From Candidatus Puniceispirillaceae bacterium (lineage in GTDB: Bacteria > Pseudomonadota > Alphaproteobacteria > Puniceispirillales > Puniceispirillaceae), in contig JBMHBX010000067.1 in assembly GCA_049890215.1 (NCBI GenBank), positions 116 to 64,115 on the forward strand: DNA of 64,000 bases, read 5' to 3'. Shown piece by piece: positions 1-10,274 of this stretch (position 1 is the stretch's first letter; every line of letters begins with the position of its first letter). Under the pieces are notes generated by a model. The model worked only from the letters and a program-made list of their open reading frames with translations. It made no database searches and was not told the origin of the DNA. A program made the position numbers and the translations under genes.

Positions 1-674
1 CAGATAAGAAGGTAGCAGAGGTGGCAAAACCAGTCGCGCGGCCAACACCGCGCCCCAAACCGCCGAAAAAACCTGTCAAGAAGCCAGATCCAAAGCCAAA
101 AGCAAAGCCTGCGCCAAAACCAAAACCAAAACCTGATTTGTCACGGGTGAATGAGCTTGCCAAACAATCGCAAGAGCAAAAAAAGCGCGAAGATGCCGCC
201 AATGGCGTGTTGCAGAATCTGGCAGAGATACAAAAAACCAAAGAAGCTGAGAAAAAACAGGCTCAGAAGGTAAAAAAAGAACAGGCCACACAAAAAATTG
301 CCACAAATGTGTCAAATGTTGTTTCTAAGGTGAAAACAAAGACAGATGCAAAGCCAAGCGATATGAAAATAGGTCTGGCAGAACTTGACAGGTTGAAGCT
401 GCATATCGCCTCTAAATGGACACCGCCTCTGGCGGCGGCCGGGGCTGATGCCTTAAAGGTGGATATTTATGTCAGACTAAAGTCAGACGGGACAGTGGAA
501 GAGGCAAGTATTGTGGACACAAAGCGCTATAATCAGGACCAGACCTATCGGGCAGCTGCTAATGCGGCCTTGCGTGCTGTGCTTGATGCGTCACCTTTGC
601 CATTGCCGGCTGAAAAATATGAATTATGGCAGGAATTTATTTTTGGGTTTGATCCACGCTTTATCTCGCGCTGA
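1..674 (+). CDS. tolA: TolA, C-terminal part. The 5' end lies upstream of the window and the frame is open back to base 3.
   Basis: A Lys/Pro-rich KPKPKP spacer and a Lys/Glu-rich helical stretch are followed by a compact C-terminal domain. The gene sits directly upstream of tolB-pal-cpoB. The listed GTG start at 21 is a window-edge artefact. Confidence 0.75.
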   Translation, partial: DKKVAEVAKPVARPTPRPKPPKKPVKKPDPKPKAKPAPKPKPKPDLSRVNELAKQSQEQKKREDAANGVLQNLAEIQKTKEAEKKQAQKVKKEQATQKIATNVSNVVSKVKTKTDAKPSDMKIGLAELDRLKLHIASKWTPPLAAAGADALKVDIYVRLKSDGTVEEASIVDTKRYNQDQTYRAAANAALRAVLDASPLPLPAEKYELWQEFIFGFDPRFISR

Positions 675-724
675 TCACAAGGCATAATGTCAGGGACAGG
701 CCATAGCTATTAGGGGTAGATGAA

Positions 725-2074
725 ATGGGAAAATTGACAGTGATGAAACGCTGCTTTGTCATGTTGGCAGGCTTGTTTATGGTCATGGTCACAGCGATGG
801 GAACTGCATCTGCACAAACCTTGCGTTTGGATATTACAGATGGCCAGGTGGCACCGATACCGATTGCCATTGCAGAATTTACAGGGCCGGATGGATTGCC
901 AACCTCTGTTGGCTCACAAATATCACAGATTATCTCAGATGATTTGGCAAGCTCAGGCCAGTTCAAACCTGTTGATAGCGCTGCTTTCATCTCGCCGCCT
1001 GAATCACCTGATATTCGTCCCAATTTTAATGACTGGATTCCTCTTGGGGTGCAAGGGCTTCTGGTTGGATCTGCCTATCTTGATGATCAAGGCTTGCTTC
1101 AAATCGAATTTGTCTTATGGGATGTAGTGGCGCAAAGGGATATCACCTCTGGCGAAGGGTCGACAGATAATAGCGGATTGCGCAGATTATCTCATCAGAT
1201 TGCAGATTTTGTTTATGAAGAATTCACAGGAGACAGCGCTTATTTTGATACGCAAATTGTCTATGTATCTGAATCAGGGCCGGCTGACAGGCGTGTGAAG
1301 CGTCTGGCGATCATGGATCAGGACGGGCATAATCACCGTTTCCTGACCTCTGGCTATGATTTGGTTCTCACACCGCGCTTTTCGCCTCAGGCACATGAGA
1401 TTGCCTATCTGAATTATTTTAATGATGAGCCAAATGTCTATCTTCTTGATGTGGCAACAGGGCGTACTGAGCGTGTCGGCTCGTTTCCCGGCATGACTTT
1501 TGCGCCGCGTTTTAGTCCTGACGGAGATGCGCTGATCATGTCTTTGGCAGAAGATGGCCTGACAGATATTTATGAATTTGACCTGAAAACACAGGATATG
1601 AGGCAATTAACAAGGTCACCTTCGATTGATACCTCACCAAGCTACAGCCCTGATGGTCGTCAAATTGTCTTTAATTCGGACAGAGGCGGCGCACAACAGC
1701 TTTATATCATGAACCGTGAGGGCAAAAATATTAAGCGTATCAGCTATGGAGACGGGCGTTATGCGACCCCTGTCTGGTCACCACGTGGTGACATCATTGC
1801 TTTTACAAAAATCGTTAAAGGCGAATTTTTTATCGGTGTCATGAATATAGACGGGTCCGGCGAAAGGCTTCTTGCAAGAGGCTTTTTGGTTGAAGGGCCA
1901 ACATGGGCACCAAATGGGCGTGTCCTGATGTATTTCAAGCAAGAACCGCAAGGCGAAGATGGCAGTGGCGGTGAGGTGGCTATGTATCGTGTTGACATTA
2001 CCGGCTTTAATGAAAGCCGTATCATCACACCGGCAGATGCCTCTGATCCTGCCTGGTCCCCTTTATTGCGTTAG
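725..2074 (+). CDS. tolB: Tol-Pal system beta-propeller protein TolB
   Basis: It has a signal peptide ending ASAQ. Repeated propeller motifs are present ([35 protein letters not shown]). It lies between tolA and pal. Confidence 0.95.
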   Translation: MGKLTVMKRCFVMLAGLFMVMVTAMGTASAQTLRLDITDGQVAPIPIAIAEFTGPDGLPTSVGSQISQIISDDLASSGQFKPVDSAAFISPPESPDIRPNFNDWIPLGVQGLLVGSAYLDDQGLLQIEFVLWDVVAQRDITSGEGSTDNSGLRRLSHQIADFVYEEFTGDSAYFDTQIVYVSESGPADRRVKRLAIMDQDGHNHRFLTSGYDLVLTPRFSPQAHEIAYLNYFNDEPNVYLLDVATGRTERVGSFPGMTFAPRFSPDGDALIMSLAEDGLTDIYEFDLKTQDMRQLTRSPSIDTSPSYSPDGRQIVFNSDRGGAQQLYIMNREGKNIKRISYGDGRYATPVWSPRGDIIAFTKIVKGEFFIGVMNIDGSGERLLARGFLVEGPTWAPNGRVLMYFKQEPQGEDGSGGEVAMYRVDITGFNESRIITPADASDPAWSPLLR

Positions 2075-2281
2075 GTGAAAGGCAAATTTGCATAACGGAA
2101 AAACTTGCCAGTTTTGCCAGACAATGCTATGGACATACTATTTACAAGATTACCTTGAGGCCGAAAGGCATCATGGTTGTGTGAGTTCGCGTAGTGAATA
2201 CTGGGTTTACTCATGGTCAAACTGTTAAGATTCGCTTTTGATCAAGCCGCTAGGTTTGTTCATCTTTTTGGGAGCATAGAA

Positions 2282-2848
2282 ATGTTCAAACCTCTATTTA
2301 CACTTTTTGCTGCGACATTCTTGTTAGCGGCTTGTGAGACTGCTTCAACCATGTCTGAAGAGGCAGCAGGTACATCTGCATCAGATTCATCAGCCTCTAG
2401 CACACAAACAAGCTCTACTACTTCAACAGCTTCATCATCAACAACATCTTCAAGCAGCGCTAGCGCGTCATCAGATGCTGATAATTCAGCATTGGACGAA
2501 GCACGCTCTGAGATGATGTCAATTGGTGATACTGTTCTGTTCGGCTATGACTCATCACAGTTGAGCGCTGAAGCAATGGCAACATTGGACGCACAAGCAG
2601 CTCTGTTGAACGCAAAGCCAAGCTTCCGCGTGAAGATTGAAGGCCATGCGGATGAGCGCGGCACAAGAGAATATAACCTTGCTCTTGGTGAGCGCCGTGC
2701 CTCTGCCACACGCGACTATCTGGTTGCTAAAGGTGTAGATGGCTCACGTGTTCGCATTGTCTCATATGGCAAAGAGCGTCCTGCTGTTATCGGCTCAAAC
2801 GAAGAAGCATGGGCGAAAAACCGCCGTTCAGTGACTGTTCTTAACTAG
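2282..2848 (+). CDS. pal: Peptidoglycan-associated lipoprotein Pal (OmpA-like domain)
   Basis: The lipobox LLAAC follows the start at MFKPLF, and I trimmed the ORF-track start at 2213 to this ATG. The OmpA-like motif is EGHADERGTREYNLALGERRA. It follows tolB. Confidence 0.9.
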   Translation: MFKPLFTLFAATFLLAACETASTMSEEAAGTSASDSSASSTQTSSTTSTASSSTTSSSSASASSDADNSALDEARSEMMSIGDTVLFGYDSSQLSAEAMATLDAQAALLNAKPSFRVKIEGHADERGTREYNLALGERRASATRDYLVAKGVDGSRVRIVSYGKERPAVIGSNEEAWAKNRRSVTVLN

Positions 2849-2873
2849 ACAGACGTCACAAAATTTGATGAAA

Positions 2874-2905
2874 AAGGCCTTGCCGTTTGCAAGGCCTTTT
2901 TTTTG
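2874..2905 (+). terminator. Rho-independent terminator after pal
   Basis: The stem AAGGCCTTGC/GCAAGGCCTT has a 5-nt loop and is followed by a run of about 7 T. Confidence 0.8.
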
Positions 2906-3027
2906 CCCTATTGTAAGGCTAAGGGTGATTCATGGTTTGTGTGTTGTGCATTATTTATGCGGGCGCATAGTCAATCAAAAGATAACCCGGTCAAGTGGTC
3001 ATATTGTGTTCAAGAAGGTGTATAAAG

Positions 3028-4221
3028 ATGCGCTTACAAAAATTGAAAATCATCTCAGGAGCCAGTTTTGTGGCGCTTTCACTTCTGGGGGGCGCGACTA
3101 GCCCTGTTTTTGCCCAATCAGCAGATTCCACCTCTGCGCTTATGGCACGTCAGCAGTCACGCCTGAATACAATTGAAGATAATTTGAAAACTGTGCGCGG
3201 CACCTTAGAGACAGAATTTCGCGCCATCCGTATGCAAATACAGGATATGGTCGAAAATCAGGCAGAAGATGACCAACTGGCAAATGCCAAATTAAAAGAG
3301 CTCAAAAGCCAAATTATCGAATTGGGTGATACGCTTGATATTTTCAATCAACGTCTTCGCCGTTCTATTGAATTGTCATCTGATATCGAATTCAGGGTGT
3401 TGCGCATGGAAAAACGCATGCAGACCCTGTTATCTCTTAGCGGTGATAATTTAGCTGATGCTATTTTGCAGGAAGATGTGACGGCCGGCGGTACAGCGCC
3501 TGCTGTGTCTATGAGCCGTGATAATGAGACAGGTGGCGCAACATGGACTGTTGAAAAAGATGATGACCTGTCACAAGAGCTTGCCAAATTAGGTGAGGCT
3601 GATAATGCGTCTGATGAAAATGAGGTGGCGGCAACGGCCTCATCCACGGCAACTGGCGATGAGGGTGATCTGTCGGCCCTTCAGGATAATGAGACACAAA
3701 TCACCACAGGTGCTGAGGCAGATGGTTCTGTCGTCACGCAAGATGAGGCACAAGATCTCAATCAGGATAACCAGCAGGCAGAGACAGAGGTTGCAAGCAC
3801 CCAAGAGGCAGTGATATCTGTCCTGCCGGAAGGCAGCCCTGAAGAGCAATATCGTTTTGCTTTTGGCCGTATGTTACAAAATGATCTTGAAACAGCTGAG
3901 GCAGGTTTTGCGGAATTCCGCGCCACTCACGACTCTCATGAACGCTCAGCAGATGTCTTATACTGGCTTGGCCGTGTGCAATTTATCCAGGGGGATTATG
4001 GGAAATCGGCAATGTCTTTCACCGAATTTAACACAGAATTCCCAGATGATTCCCGCCTGCCGGAGGCGATTTTGATGATTGCTGAATCAGTGCTGAATTT
4101 TGCTACGGCTGAACAGGCCTGCCAGATTTTTGCCGATTTGCCGCAAATGCTTGATCAGCCAACTGAGATATTCACCACACGTCTGGCTGAATTAAAGGAT
4201 GAAGCCTCTTGTGAGGGGTAG
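3028..4221 (+). CDS. cpoB: Tol-Pal associated coiled-coil/TPR protein CpoB (YbgF-like)
   Basis: It has a signal peptide (PVFAQ), an N-terminal coiled-coil region and a C-terminal TPR-like region (YRFAFGRMLQNDLETAEAGF...YWLGRVQF). It lies immediately after pal. The start was trimmed to the ATG at 3028. Confidence 0.75.
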   Translation: MRLQKLKIISGASFVALSLLGGATSPVFAQSADSTSALMARQQSRLNTIEDNLKTVRGTLETEFRAIRMQIQDMVENQAEDDQLANAKLKELKSQIIELGDTLDIFNQRLRRSIELSSDIEFRVLRMEKRMQTLLSLSGDNLADAILQEDVTAGGTAPAVSMSRDNETGGATWTVEKDDDLSQELAKLGEADNASDENEVAATASSTATGDEGDLSALQDNETQITTGAEADGSVVTQDEAQDLNQDNQQAETEVASTQEAVISVLPEGSPEEQYRFAFGRMLQNDLETAEAGFAEFRATHDSHERSADVLYWLGRVQFIQGDYGKSAMSFTEFNTEFPDDSRLPEAILMIAESVLNFATAEQACQIFADLPQMLDQPTEIFTTRLAELKDEASCEG

Positions 4222-5524
4222 CCGTCTGTGTCATCTGGCGGATTTATGCACCTCGCTTGTGGCGGATATTGCGCATGCACCTGATTCAAAATCGTGGTTT
4301 GTTGCTTTATCAGGCGGCGCCGATTCTACAGCCCTTTTGCATGTTTTGAGCCAGATCGCACAAAGGCATAAAGCCAGCCTGACAGCGTTAATCGTCAATC
4401 ATAATTTGCGCGAAGACGCCGCACAAGAAGCTGAATTAGTCGCACAAAGATGCCATGACAGACAGATTGACTCTGTCATTTTGACCATCTCGCAAACAGC
4501 GCCAAAATCAGGGCGTCAGGAATGGGCAAGAGCACAAAGATATGCGCTTTTATGTGATCATGTGCGCCGCCATGGCGGGGTGCTGTGGCTTGGTCATCAT
4601 ATGCATGACCAACAGGAGACCATTGCCATGCGTCTTGCCAGAGATAGCGGTCTTGCCGGATTGTCAGCGATGCGCCCAACCCATCACCGCGATGGTGTTT
4701 ATGTATTGCGTCCTTTTTTAACAGTCCCCAAATCAGATCTGATTGCAATTTGCCAGTCACAAAACATCTTATTTGTTGCGGATCCGTCAAATGAAAATCG
4801 TGCTTTTGAGCGCGTCAGATGGCGACAAATCCTTGACCATGACAGGCCATTAGCCGGTATGCTGACACGCATGGGCCTTGTGTCCGGGGCGATTGCCACC
4901 TCTGTAGCAGACGCCATAAAGCCATTTTTCACCCATCATGTCAGCTATAGTTGGTCACAATTATCTGTGATGATAGACAAAAAGGCGTTTCACACATTGC
5001 CAGAGACAGCGCGTTTGCTTGTTTTGCGCCACTTGCTTGTACATATCGGGCATCATCATTATCCGCCATCTTTTGCCTCTGTCAGGAACATCCTGCAAAC
5101 AGACAAAGGGACGGAACAGACAGTCACCTCAACACTTGCAGGCTGCCTTATCAGGCAATCTGCGGATAGTGTGATGATATTTCCTGAGGCAGGGCGTCCT
5201 CATGCGCCCCTGTTTGTGCAGGCAGGCAAGACAATTTGTTATCGTGGCCGGTTTATCATCTATACGCCGCACGATATCATGGTGCATCCTTTATGTGACA
5301 AGCGCTTATCATCCTTATCACAAGATAATCACTATCGCGCTGATTTAATGCGCTATGGCAAAGAAGAAAGGCTTATATTTCCTTTGCCGGTGGCACTTGA
5401 CGAAACACCTATCACTCCCCACATTAAAGACGTAGTGCATATGGGCTATCTCAGCCAGTTGGATTGGTCAGATGATGAAGTTGCCATCTACCCCCTTGGT
5501 CGGTTAGCAATGACCCATATGTAA
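4199..5524 (+). CDS. tilS: tRNA(Ile)-lysidine synthase TilS
   Basis: It carries the PP-loop motif LSGGADSTALL. The tilS-ftsH adjacency is widely conserved. Confidence 0.85.
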   Translation: MKPLVRGSRLCHLADLCTSLVADIAHAPDSKSWFVALSGGADSTALLHVLSQIAQRHKASLTALIVNHNLREDAAQEAELVAQRCHDRQIDSVILTISQTAPKSGRQEWARAQRYALLCDHVRRHGGVLWLGHHMHDQQETIAMRLARDSGLAGLSAMRPTHHRDGVYVLRPFLTVPKSDLIAICQSQNILFVADPSNENRAFERVRWRQILDHDRPLAGMLTRMGLVSGAIATSVADAIKPFFTHHVSYSWSQLSVMIDKKAFHTLPETARLLVLRHLLVHIGHHHYPPSFASVRNILQTDKGTEQTVTSTLAGCLIRQSADSVMIFPEAGRPHAPLFVQAGKTICYRGRFIIYTPHDIMVHPLCDKRLSSLSQDNHYRADLMRYGKEERLIFPLPVALDETPITPHIKDVVHMGYLSQLDWSDDEVAIYPLGRLAMTHM

Positions 5525-5598
5525 CTAGCGAACATGCTTATTGATGTATGATGACATGAATAAGAGACAAACATATTACTGAAAAAAGGTTAGCCTTC

Positions 5599-7536
5599 GT
5601 GAATAATCTCGGCCGCAACATATTTATTTGGGTGATCATCGGTATCGCGCTGATGTCACTGTTCAACCTGTTCCAGAATCCTGCCTCAACCGGCTCAGGG
5701 CGCAATGTGGCATATACAGATTTTGTTGCCTCTGTGCAGTCGGGTCAGGTGCGTGATGTGGTCATTGAAGGGGCGAATATCAAAGCTCGTACCAAAGATA
5801 ATCAGCAGCTTTCATCTTATGTGCCGGAAGGCGCAGATATTGTCGGTATCCTGACTGATAATGATGTGCGCATAGAAGCACGCCCTGATAGCAGCAATTC
5901 ACCGGGCTTTTTCTCAGTCTTGCTTTCATGGTTCCCTATGTTGTTGTTCATTGGTGTTTGGATTTTCTTTATGCGCCAAATGCAAGGTGGTGGTAAAGGC
6001 GGCGCAATGGGCTTTGGCAAATCACGCGCTAAGCTTTTGACCGAAGCGCATGGGCGGGTCACATTTGATGACGTTGCCGGTATTGATGAAGCAAAAACAG
6101 AATTAGAAGAAGTGGTCGAATTCCTCAAAGACCCCGGCAAGTTTCAGCGCCTTGGCGGCAAAATTCCAAAAGGCGTTTTATTGGTCGGACCACCCGGCAC
6201 AGGTAAGACATTGCTTGCCAAATCAGTTGCAGGTGAAGCCAATGTGCCGTTTTTCTCTATCTCTGGCTCAGATTTCGTTGAAATGTTTGTCGGTGTGGGT
6301 GCCTCTCGTGTGCGCGATATGTTTGAACAAGGCAAGAAAAGCGCGCCATGTATTATCTTTATTGATGAAATTGACGCTGTTGGCCGCCATCGCGGCGCCG
6401 GCCTTGGCGGCGGCAATGATGAACGTGAACAGACCTTAAACCAAATGCTTGTCGAGATGGATGGTTTCGAAGCCAATGAAGGTGTTATTTTGGTCGCCGC
6501 AACCAACCGTCCTGATGTCTTAGATCCGGCATTGTTGCGCCCAGGCCGTTTTGACCGCCAGGTGGTCGTGCCGAATCCTGATTTGCTTGGCCGTGAACGT
6601 ATTTTGAAAGTGCATATGCGTAAAACACCACTTGCCAATGATGTGGAACCACGCGTCATTGCACGTGGCACGCCCGGATTTTCAGGTGCTGATTTGGCCA
6701 ATTTGGTGAATGAAGCGGCCCTTCTGGCAGCGCGTAAAGGCAGACGCACTGTCTCAATGTCTGAATTTGAAGAAGCCAAAGATAAGGTCATGATGGGCTC
6801 TGAGCGCCGTTCTATGGTGATGACAGATGATGAAAAGCGTCTGACAGCCTATCATGAAGCAGGGCATGCGGTGGTAGCGCTTCATCTGCCTGCCTCTGAT
6901 CCGATCCACAAAGCAACCATTATTCCACGCGGCCGTGCGCTTGGTATGGTCATGCGCCTGCCCGAAGGTGACCGTGTGTCACTTGCTTTTGATAAGATTT
7001 TGGCAGATTTGCGTGTTGCTTGTGGTGGCCGTATTGCAGAAGAGCTGATTTTTGGCGCTGAGAAGATCACAACAGGCGCCTCATCAGATATCCGCATGGC
7101 AACTGACATGGCGCGGCGCATGGTCACAGAATGGGGCATGTCTGATAAGCTTGGTTTCCTTGCTTATTCAGGTGATGAGCAGGAGGTCTTTTTGGGCCGG
7201 TCTGTCACACAGCAAAAAACAGTCTCAGAAGGGACCGCAGATCTGATCGATGCCGAAGTGCGCCGGATTGTTGATGAAGCTTATGATGATGCTGAAAAGC
7301 TTCTGAAAAAGCATGGTGATCAGCTTGAAAATCTGGCTCAGGGCTTGCTTGAATATGAAACCTTAAATGGTGAAGAGATCAAAATCATTGTCGAAGGTGG
7401 CACAATTTCGCGCAAAGATGGCACGGATGATGAACCTTCAGAGCCACGCGCCAAAAAGCCGCGTTCCGGCCTGCCATCTGGCGGCAGGCGGTCTGCAAAG
7501 CCATCTTCTGAGCCTGCAGGACCTGATGGCACTTAA
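5599..7536 (+). CDS. ftsH: ATP-dependent zinc metalloprotease FtsH
   Basis: It has an N-terminal TM segment, Walker A GPPGTGKT, an AAA second region of homology and the zinc motif HEAGHA. Confidence 0.97.
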   Translation: MNNLGRNIFIWVIIGIALMSLFNLFQNPASTGSGRNVAYTDFVASVQSGQVRDVVIEGANIKARTKDNQQLSSYVPEGADIVGILTDNDVRIEARPDSSNSPGFFSVLLSWFPMLLFIGVWIFFMRQMQGGGKGGAMGFGKSRAKLLTEAHGRVTFDDVAGIDEAKTELEEVVEFLKDPGKFQRLGGKIPKGVLLVGPPGTGKTLLAKSVAGEANVPFFSISGSDFVEMFVGVGASRVRDMFEQGKKSAPCIIFIDEIDAVGRHRGAGLGGGNDEREQTLNQMLVEMDGFEANEGVILVAATNRPDVLDPALLRPGRFDRQVVVPNPDLLGRERILKVHMRKTPLANDVEPRVIARGTPGFSGADLANLVNEAALLAARKGRRTVSMSEFEEAKDKVMMGSERRSMVMTDDEKRLTAYHEAGHAVVALHLPASDPIHKATIIPRGRALGMVMRLPEGDRVSLAFDKILADLRVACGGRIAEELIFGAEKITTGASSDIRMATDMARRMVTEWGMSDKLGFLAYSGDEQEVFLGRSVTQQKTVSEGTADLIDAEVRRIVDEAYDDAEKLLKKHGDQLENLAQGLLEYETLNGEEIKIIVEGGTISRKDGTDDEPSEPRAKKPRSGLPSGGRRSAKPSSEPAGPDGT

Positions 7537-7542
7537 AACCAG

Positions 7543-8664
7543 ATGACTCTTATCTATCAAAAAACGCTACCTGCGCCGCCTCATGGGCGGCGTAGTTGGG
7601 TCAGGCCTGTTCACCTGTCTGCGCAAGACAGCGCCTTTGCCAGATCGCAAGCACCAGATACGCTTTTTCCTCTTGCAGGCGGATGGATGGCTTTCAGCCA
7701 TGTGGATGTGATGCAAAAACAGGGCACAGATGTGATTGCCTGCCGGATGCCTGTATCAGCCTATCTTGATGAGGCCTCTGATAAACAGGCAGCGCGTGAT
7801 AGAATTGAGAAGCTGACAAAGCCGCGTTCTGATCTCGCAGGCCTGTCAATGGCAGAGCCACGTATTATGGGTATTGTGAATGCCACACCAGATAGTTTTT
7901 CAGATGGCGGACAGCATTTTGAGGCCCGCGCCGGCATAGATGGTGCGTTGGCTATGGCGAAGGCAGGGGCGCATATTCTTGATGTAGGCGGCGAATCGAC
8001 CCGCCCGGGCGCAGAGCCTGTTGGCCGTGATGAAGAAATCAGGCGTATTGAGCCCATTATCAGTGCGCTTGTGCAAGCAGGCCATATTGTCTCAGCAGAT
8101 ACACGTCACACAATTGTGATGGAAAAAGCCGCAGAATGCGGGGCGCAAATCATCAATGATGTTGGCGGTTTTCGTGATGAAGGCGCGCCTGAGCTTCTTG
8201 CAAAGGTTGCGCAGACTAAAGCTGATACAGGCTATGGGATCGCGATGCATATGCAAGGCACACCAGAGACGATGCAACAAAATCCTGTCTATGATTTTGC
8301 CCCTTTGGATGTCTATGACTGGCTTGAAGAGCGTATTGAGCATTTGATGGCGGCCGGAGTGCCTGCGGGCCATATTGCGGTTGATCCTGGTTTTGGGTTT
8401 GGCAAAACGCCGGCACATAACCTTGAGATCATTAACTGGACCAGCCTGTTTCACGGCCTTGGGGTGCCTGTTCTCATTGGGGTATCACGCAAATCCACCA
8501 TTGCCAAATGCTCAAAAGGTGAGCCTGCCACAGAGCGCCTTGGCGGCTCGCTTGCGCTCACATTACGTGCCATTGAACAAGGCGCACAGATTATCAGAAC
8601 CCATGATGTGGCGCAAACAGCTCAGGCGATAAGCCTTTATTGCCAGACACGCCACGCAGTCTGA
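7543..8664 (+). CDS. folP: Dihydropteroate synthase with an N-terminal extension of about 105 aa
   Basis: Motifs GIVNATPDSFSDGG and DVGGESTRPGA are present. The ftsH-folP-glmM order is conserved. Confidence 0.9.
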   Translation: MTLIYQKTLPAPPHGRRSWVRPVHLSAQDSAFARSQAPDTLFPLAGGWMAFSHVDVMQKQGTDVIACRMPVSAYLDEASDKQAARDRIEKLTKPRSDLAGLSMAEPRIMGIVNATPDSFSDGGQHFEARAGIDGALAMAKAGAHILDVGGESTRPGAEPVGRDEEIRRIEPIISALVQAGHIVSADTRHTIVMEKAAECGAQIINDVGGFRDEGAPELLAKVAQTKADTGYGIAMHMQGTPETMQQNPVYDFAPLDVYDWLEERIEHLMAAGVPAGHIAVDPGFGFGKTPAHNLEIINWTSLFHGLGVPVLIGVSRKSTIAKCSKGEPATERLGGSLALTLRAIEQGAQIIRTHDVAQTAQAISLYCQTRHAV

Positions 8665-8765
8665 TGTCACCACAAAAGGTGATTATGGGCGCTGATATAG
8701 ACACTAAGGCCTGCAATCGCCTATAGTGCGAAAAAATCGTCTAATCACATGGCAGGTATATCCTT

Positions 8766-10157
8766 ATGGCAGGTATTTTTGGAACAGACGGGGTGCGCGC
8801 ACGTATCAATACAGGGCCGATGCGGGCTGAATCTGTTGTGCGTTTGGCGCTCGCTGCCGGCAGATGGTTTGTTGATCATATTGGTGATTCATCTGGCGCG
8901 GCGCCTTTGGTTGTCATTGGTAAAGATACAAGGCTCTCTGGCTATATGCTTGAATCAGCGCTTGTTGCAGGTTTCTCGTCCATTGGTATGGAATGCCGCC
9001 TGTTAGGGCCTATTCCAACGGCGACTGTTTCTATGATGACACAGTCACTTGGGGCCCATCTTGGTGTGATGATTTCAGCCAGTCATAATCCGCATTATGA
9101 TAATGGAATCAAATTATTCGGACCGGACGGCAAGAAACTTGATGACAATATAGAGCTTGAGATTAGCCAGTTAATGCAAGGGTCAATCGCTCTGGCAGAA
9201 GCAGAGGATATGGGTCGTGTGCGCCGTATCCTTGAGACCAGTGATATTTATGTGGAAAATGCGGTTCAGACTGTCACAGGTAAGACACCTTTTGCCGGTT
9301 TGAAAGTGGTTGTTGATTGTGCAAATGGCGCGGCCTATATGACAGCGCCCAAGACTCTTACCGCTCTTGGGGCAGATGTGATTTGCCTTCATAACACCCC
9401 CGATGGTCTCAATATCAATGAAAATTGCGGGGCAGTTCACCCGCAAGCTATGGCCAAGGCGGTTGTGGCACATGGCGCTGATTTGGGGATTGCCCTTGAT
9501 GGGGATGCTGACAGATTGATTCTGGCAGATGAGACAGGCCTTATCCATGATGGTGATAAAGTCCTAGCGGTGATTGCCAGTGCTATGAAGCAGGCAGGCA
9601 CCCTCAGAGGGGCTGTGGTTGGCACTTTGATGTCAAATCTTGGCCTTGAGAGATTTCTGAAAAGTCAGGATATCGCTTTTGCCCGTGCCAAAGTCGGGGA
9701 CAGATATATCCTGCAAATGCTGGATGGCACGGACGCTGATAAAGGTGAGGGCGGCAATCTGGGTGGTGAGAATTCAGGTCATATTCTCATGCCTGATCTG
9801 ATTGCCTCCGGAGATGGCCTCATTGCAGCACTGCAGGTGATCTCTGCCAAGGTGGCACAAGACAAACCAATGAGTGACATTCTGGGGCTATATGAGCCTG
9901 TGCCACAGAAATTGGTGAACCTGCCTGATATGGATAAACGGATTCTGGATGATGATGAGATCACCTCACTTGTCGCAGATCTAACAGAAAAATTTGCAGG
10001 TGAGGGACGTATCTTACTGCGTCCGTCCGGCACAGAGAATTTGATTAGGGTTATGGTAGAAGCCACTGACGAGGTGATGTTAACACAGGTGATAGACAGG
10101 CTTGTTCACACCCTCTCAGAGGTGAATCAGCGCTATACTGAGGCTGAATCTGCCTGA
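8766..10157 (+). CDS. glmM: Phosphoglucosamine mutase GlmM
   Basis: The N-terminus is FGTDGVRA, the active-site loop is SASHNP, and GGENSGH is present. Confidence 0.95.
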   Translation: MAGIFGTDGVRARINTGPMRAESVVRLALAAGRWFVDHIGDSSGAAPLVVIGKDTRLSGYMLESALVAGFSSIGMECRLLGPIPTATVSMMTQSLGAHLGVMISASHNPHYDNGIKLFGPDGKKLDDNIELEISQLMQGSIALAEAEDMGRVRRILETSDIYVENAVQTVTGKTPFAGLKVVVDCANGAAYMTAPKTLTALGADVICLHNTPDGLNINENCGAVHPQAMAKAVVAHGADLGIALDGDADRLILADETGLIHDGDKVLAVIASAMKQAGTLRGAVVGTLMSNLGLERFLKSQDIAFARAKVGDRYILQMLDGTDADKGEGGNLGGENSGHILMPDLIASGDGLIAALQVISAKVAQDKPMSDILGLYEPVPQKLVNLPDMDKRILDDDEITSLVADLTEKFAGEGRILLRPSGTENLIRVMVEATDEVMLTQVIDRLVHTLSEVNQRYTEAESA

Positions 10158-10203
10158 ATTTAAGTCAAATTAAAAAATTTTATGTCGGTTACTTGACATT
10201 TTG

Positions 10204-10274
10204 TGAGGCGTAATTATTTTCCTCAGTGGGTCGCCATCCCCCAACGGATGGTCACATTACTGATGAGGTCTATT
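10204..10274 (+). promoter_or_regulatory. Candidate serC 5' leader with competing anti-SD pairings
   Basis: CCTCA (10221-10225) can pair with TGAGG at 10204-10208 or with TGAGG at 10264-10268. The second TGAGG contains the GAGG Shine-Dalgarno 7 nt before the ATG at 10275. An inner hairpin CCATCC/GGATGG lies at 10234-10251. Confidence 0.35.

Noticed and set aside
5491-5520. A sigma-32-like CTTGGTC...CCCATAT upstream of ftsH.
   Set aside because: The spacer is about 3 nt shorter than in the rpoH promoter and the classical consensus, and the -10 lacks the full CCCC. It is too weak to call.
6144-6791. A 215-aa ORF antisense to ftsH. Similar long antisense or alternate-frame ORFs occur at 19007-19666, 14047-14571, 11577-12032 and 18861-19298.
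   Set aside because: Each lies wholly inside a gene with unmistakable family motifs on the other strand or frame. Their translations are Arg/Ser/Pro/Ala-rich low-complexity strings with no motifs, which is the typical shadow-ORF behaviour.
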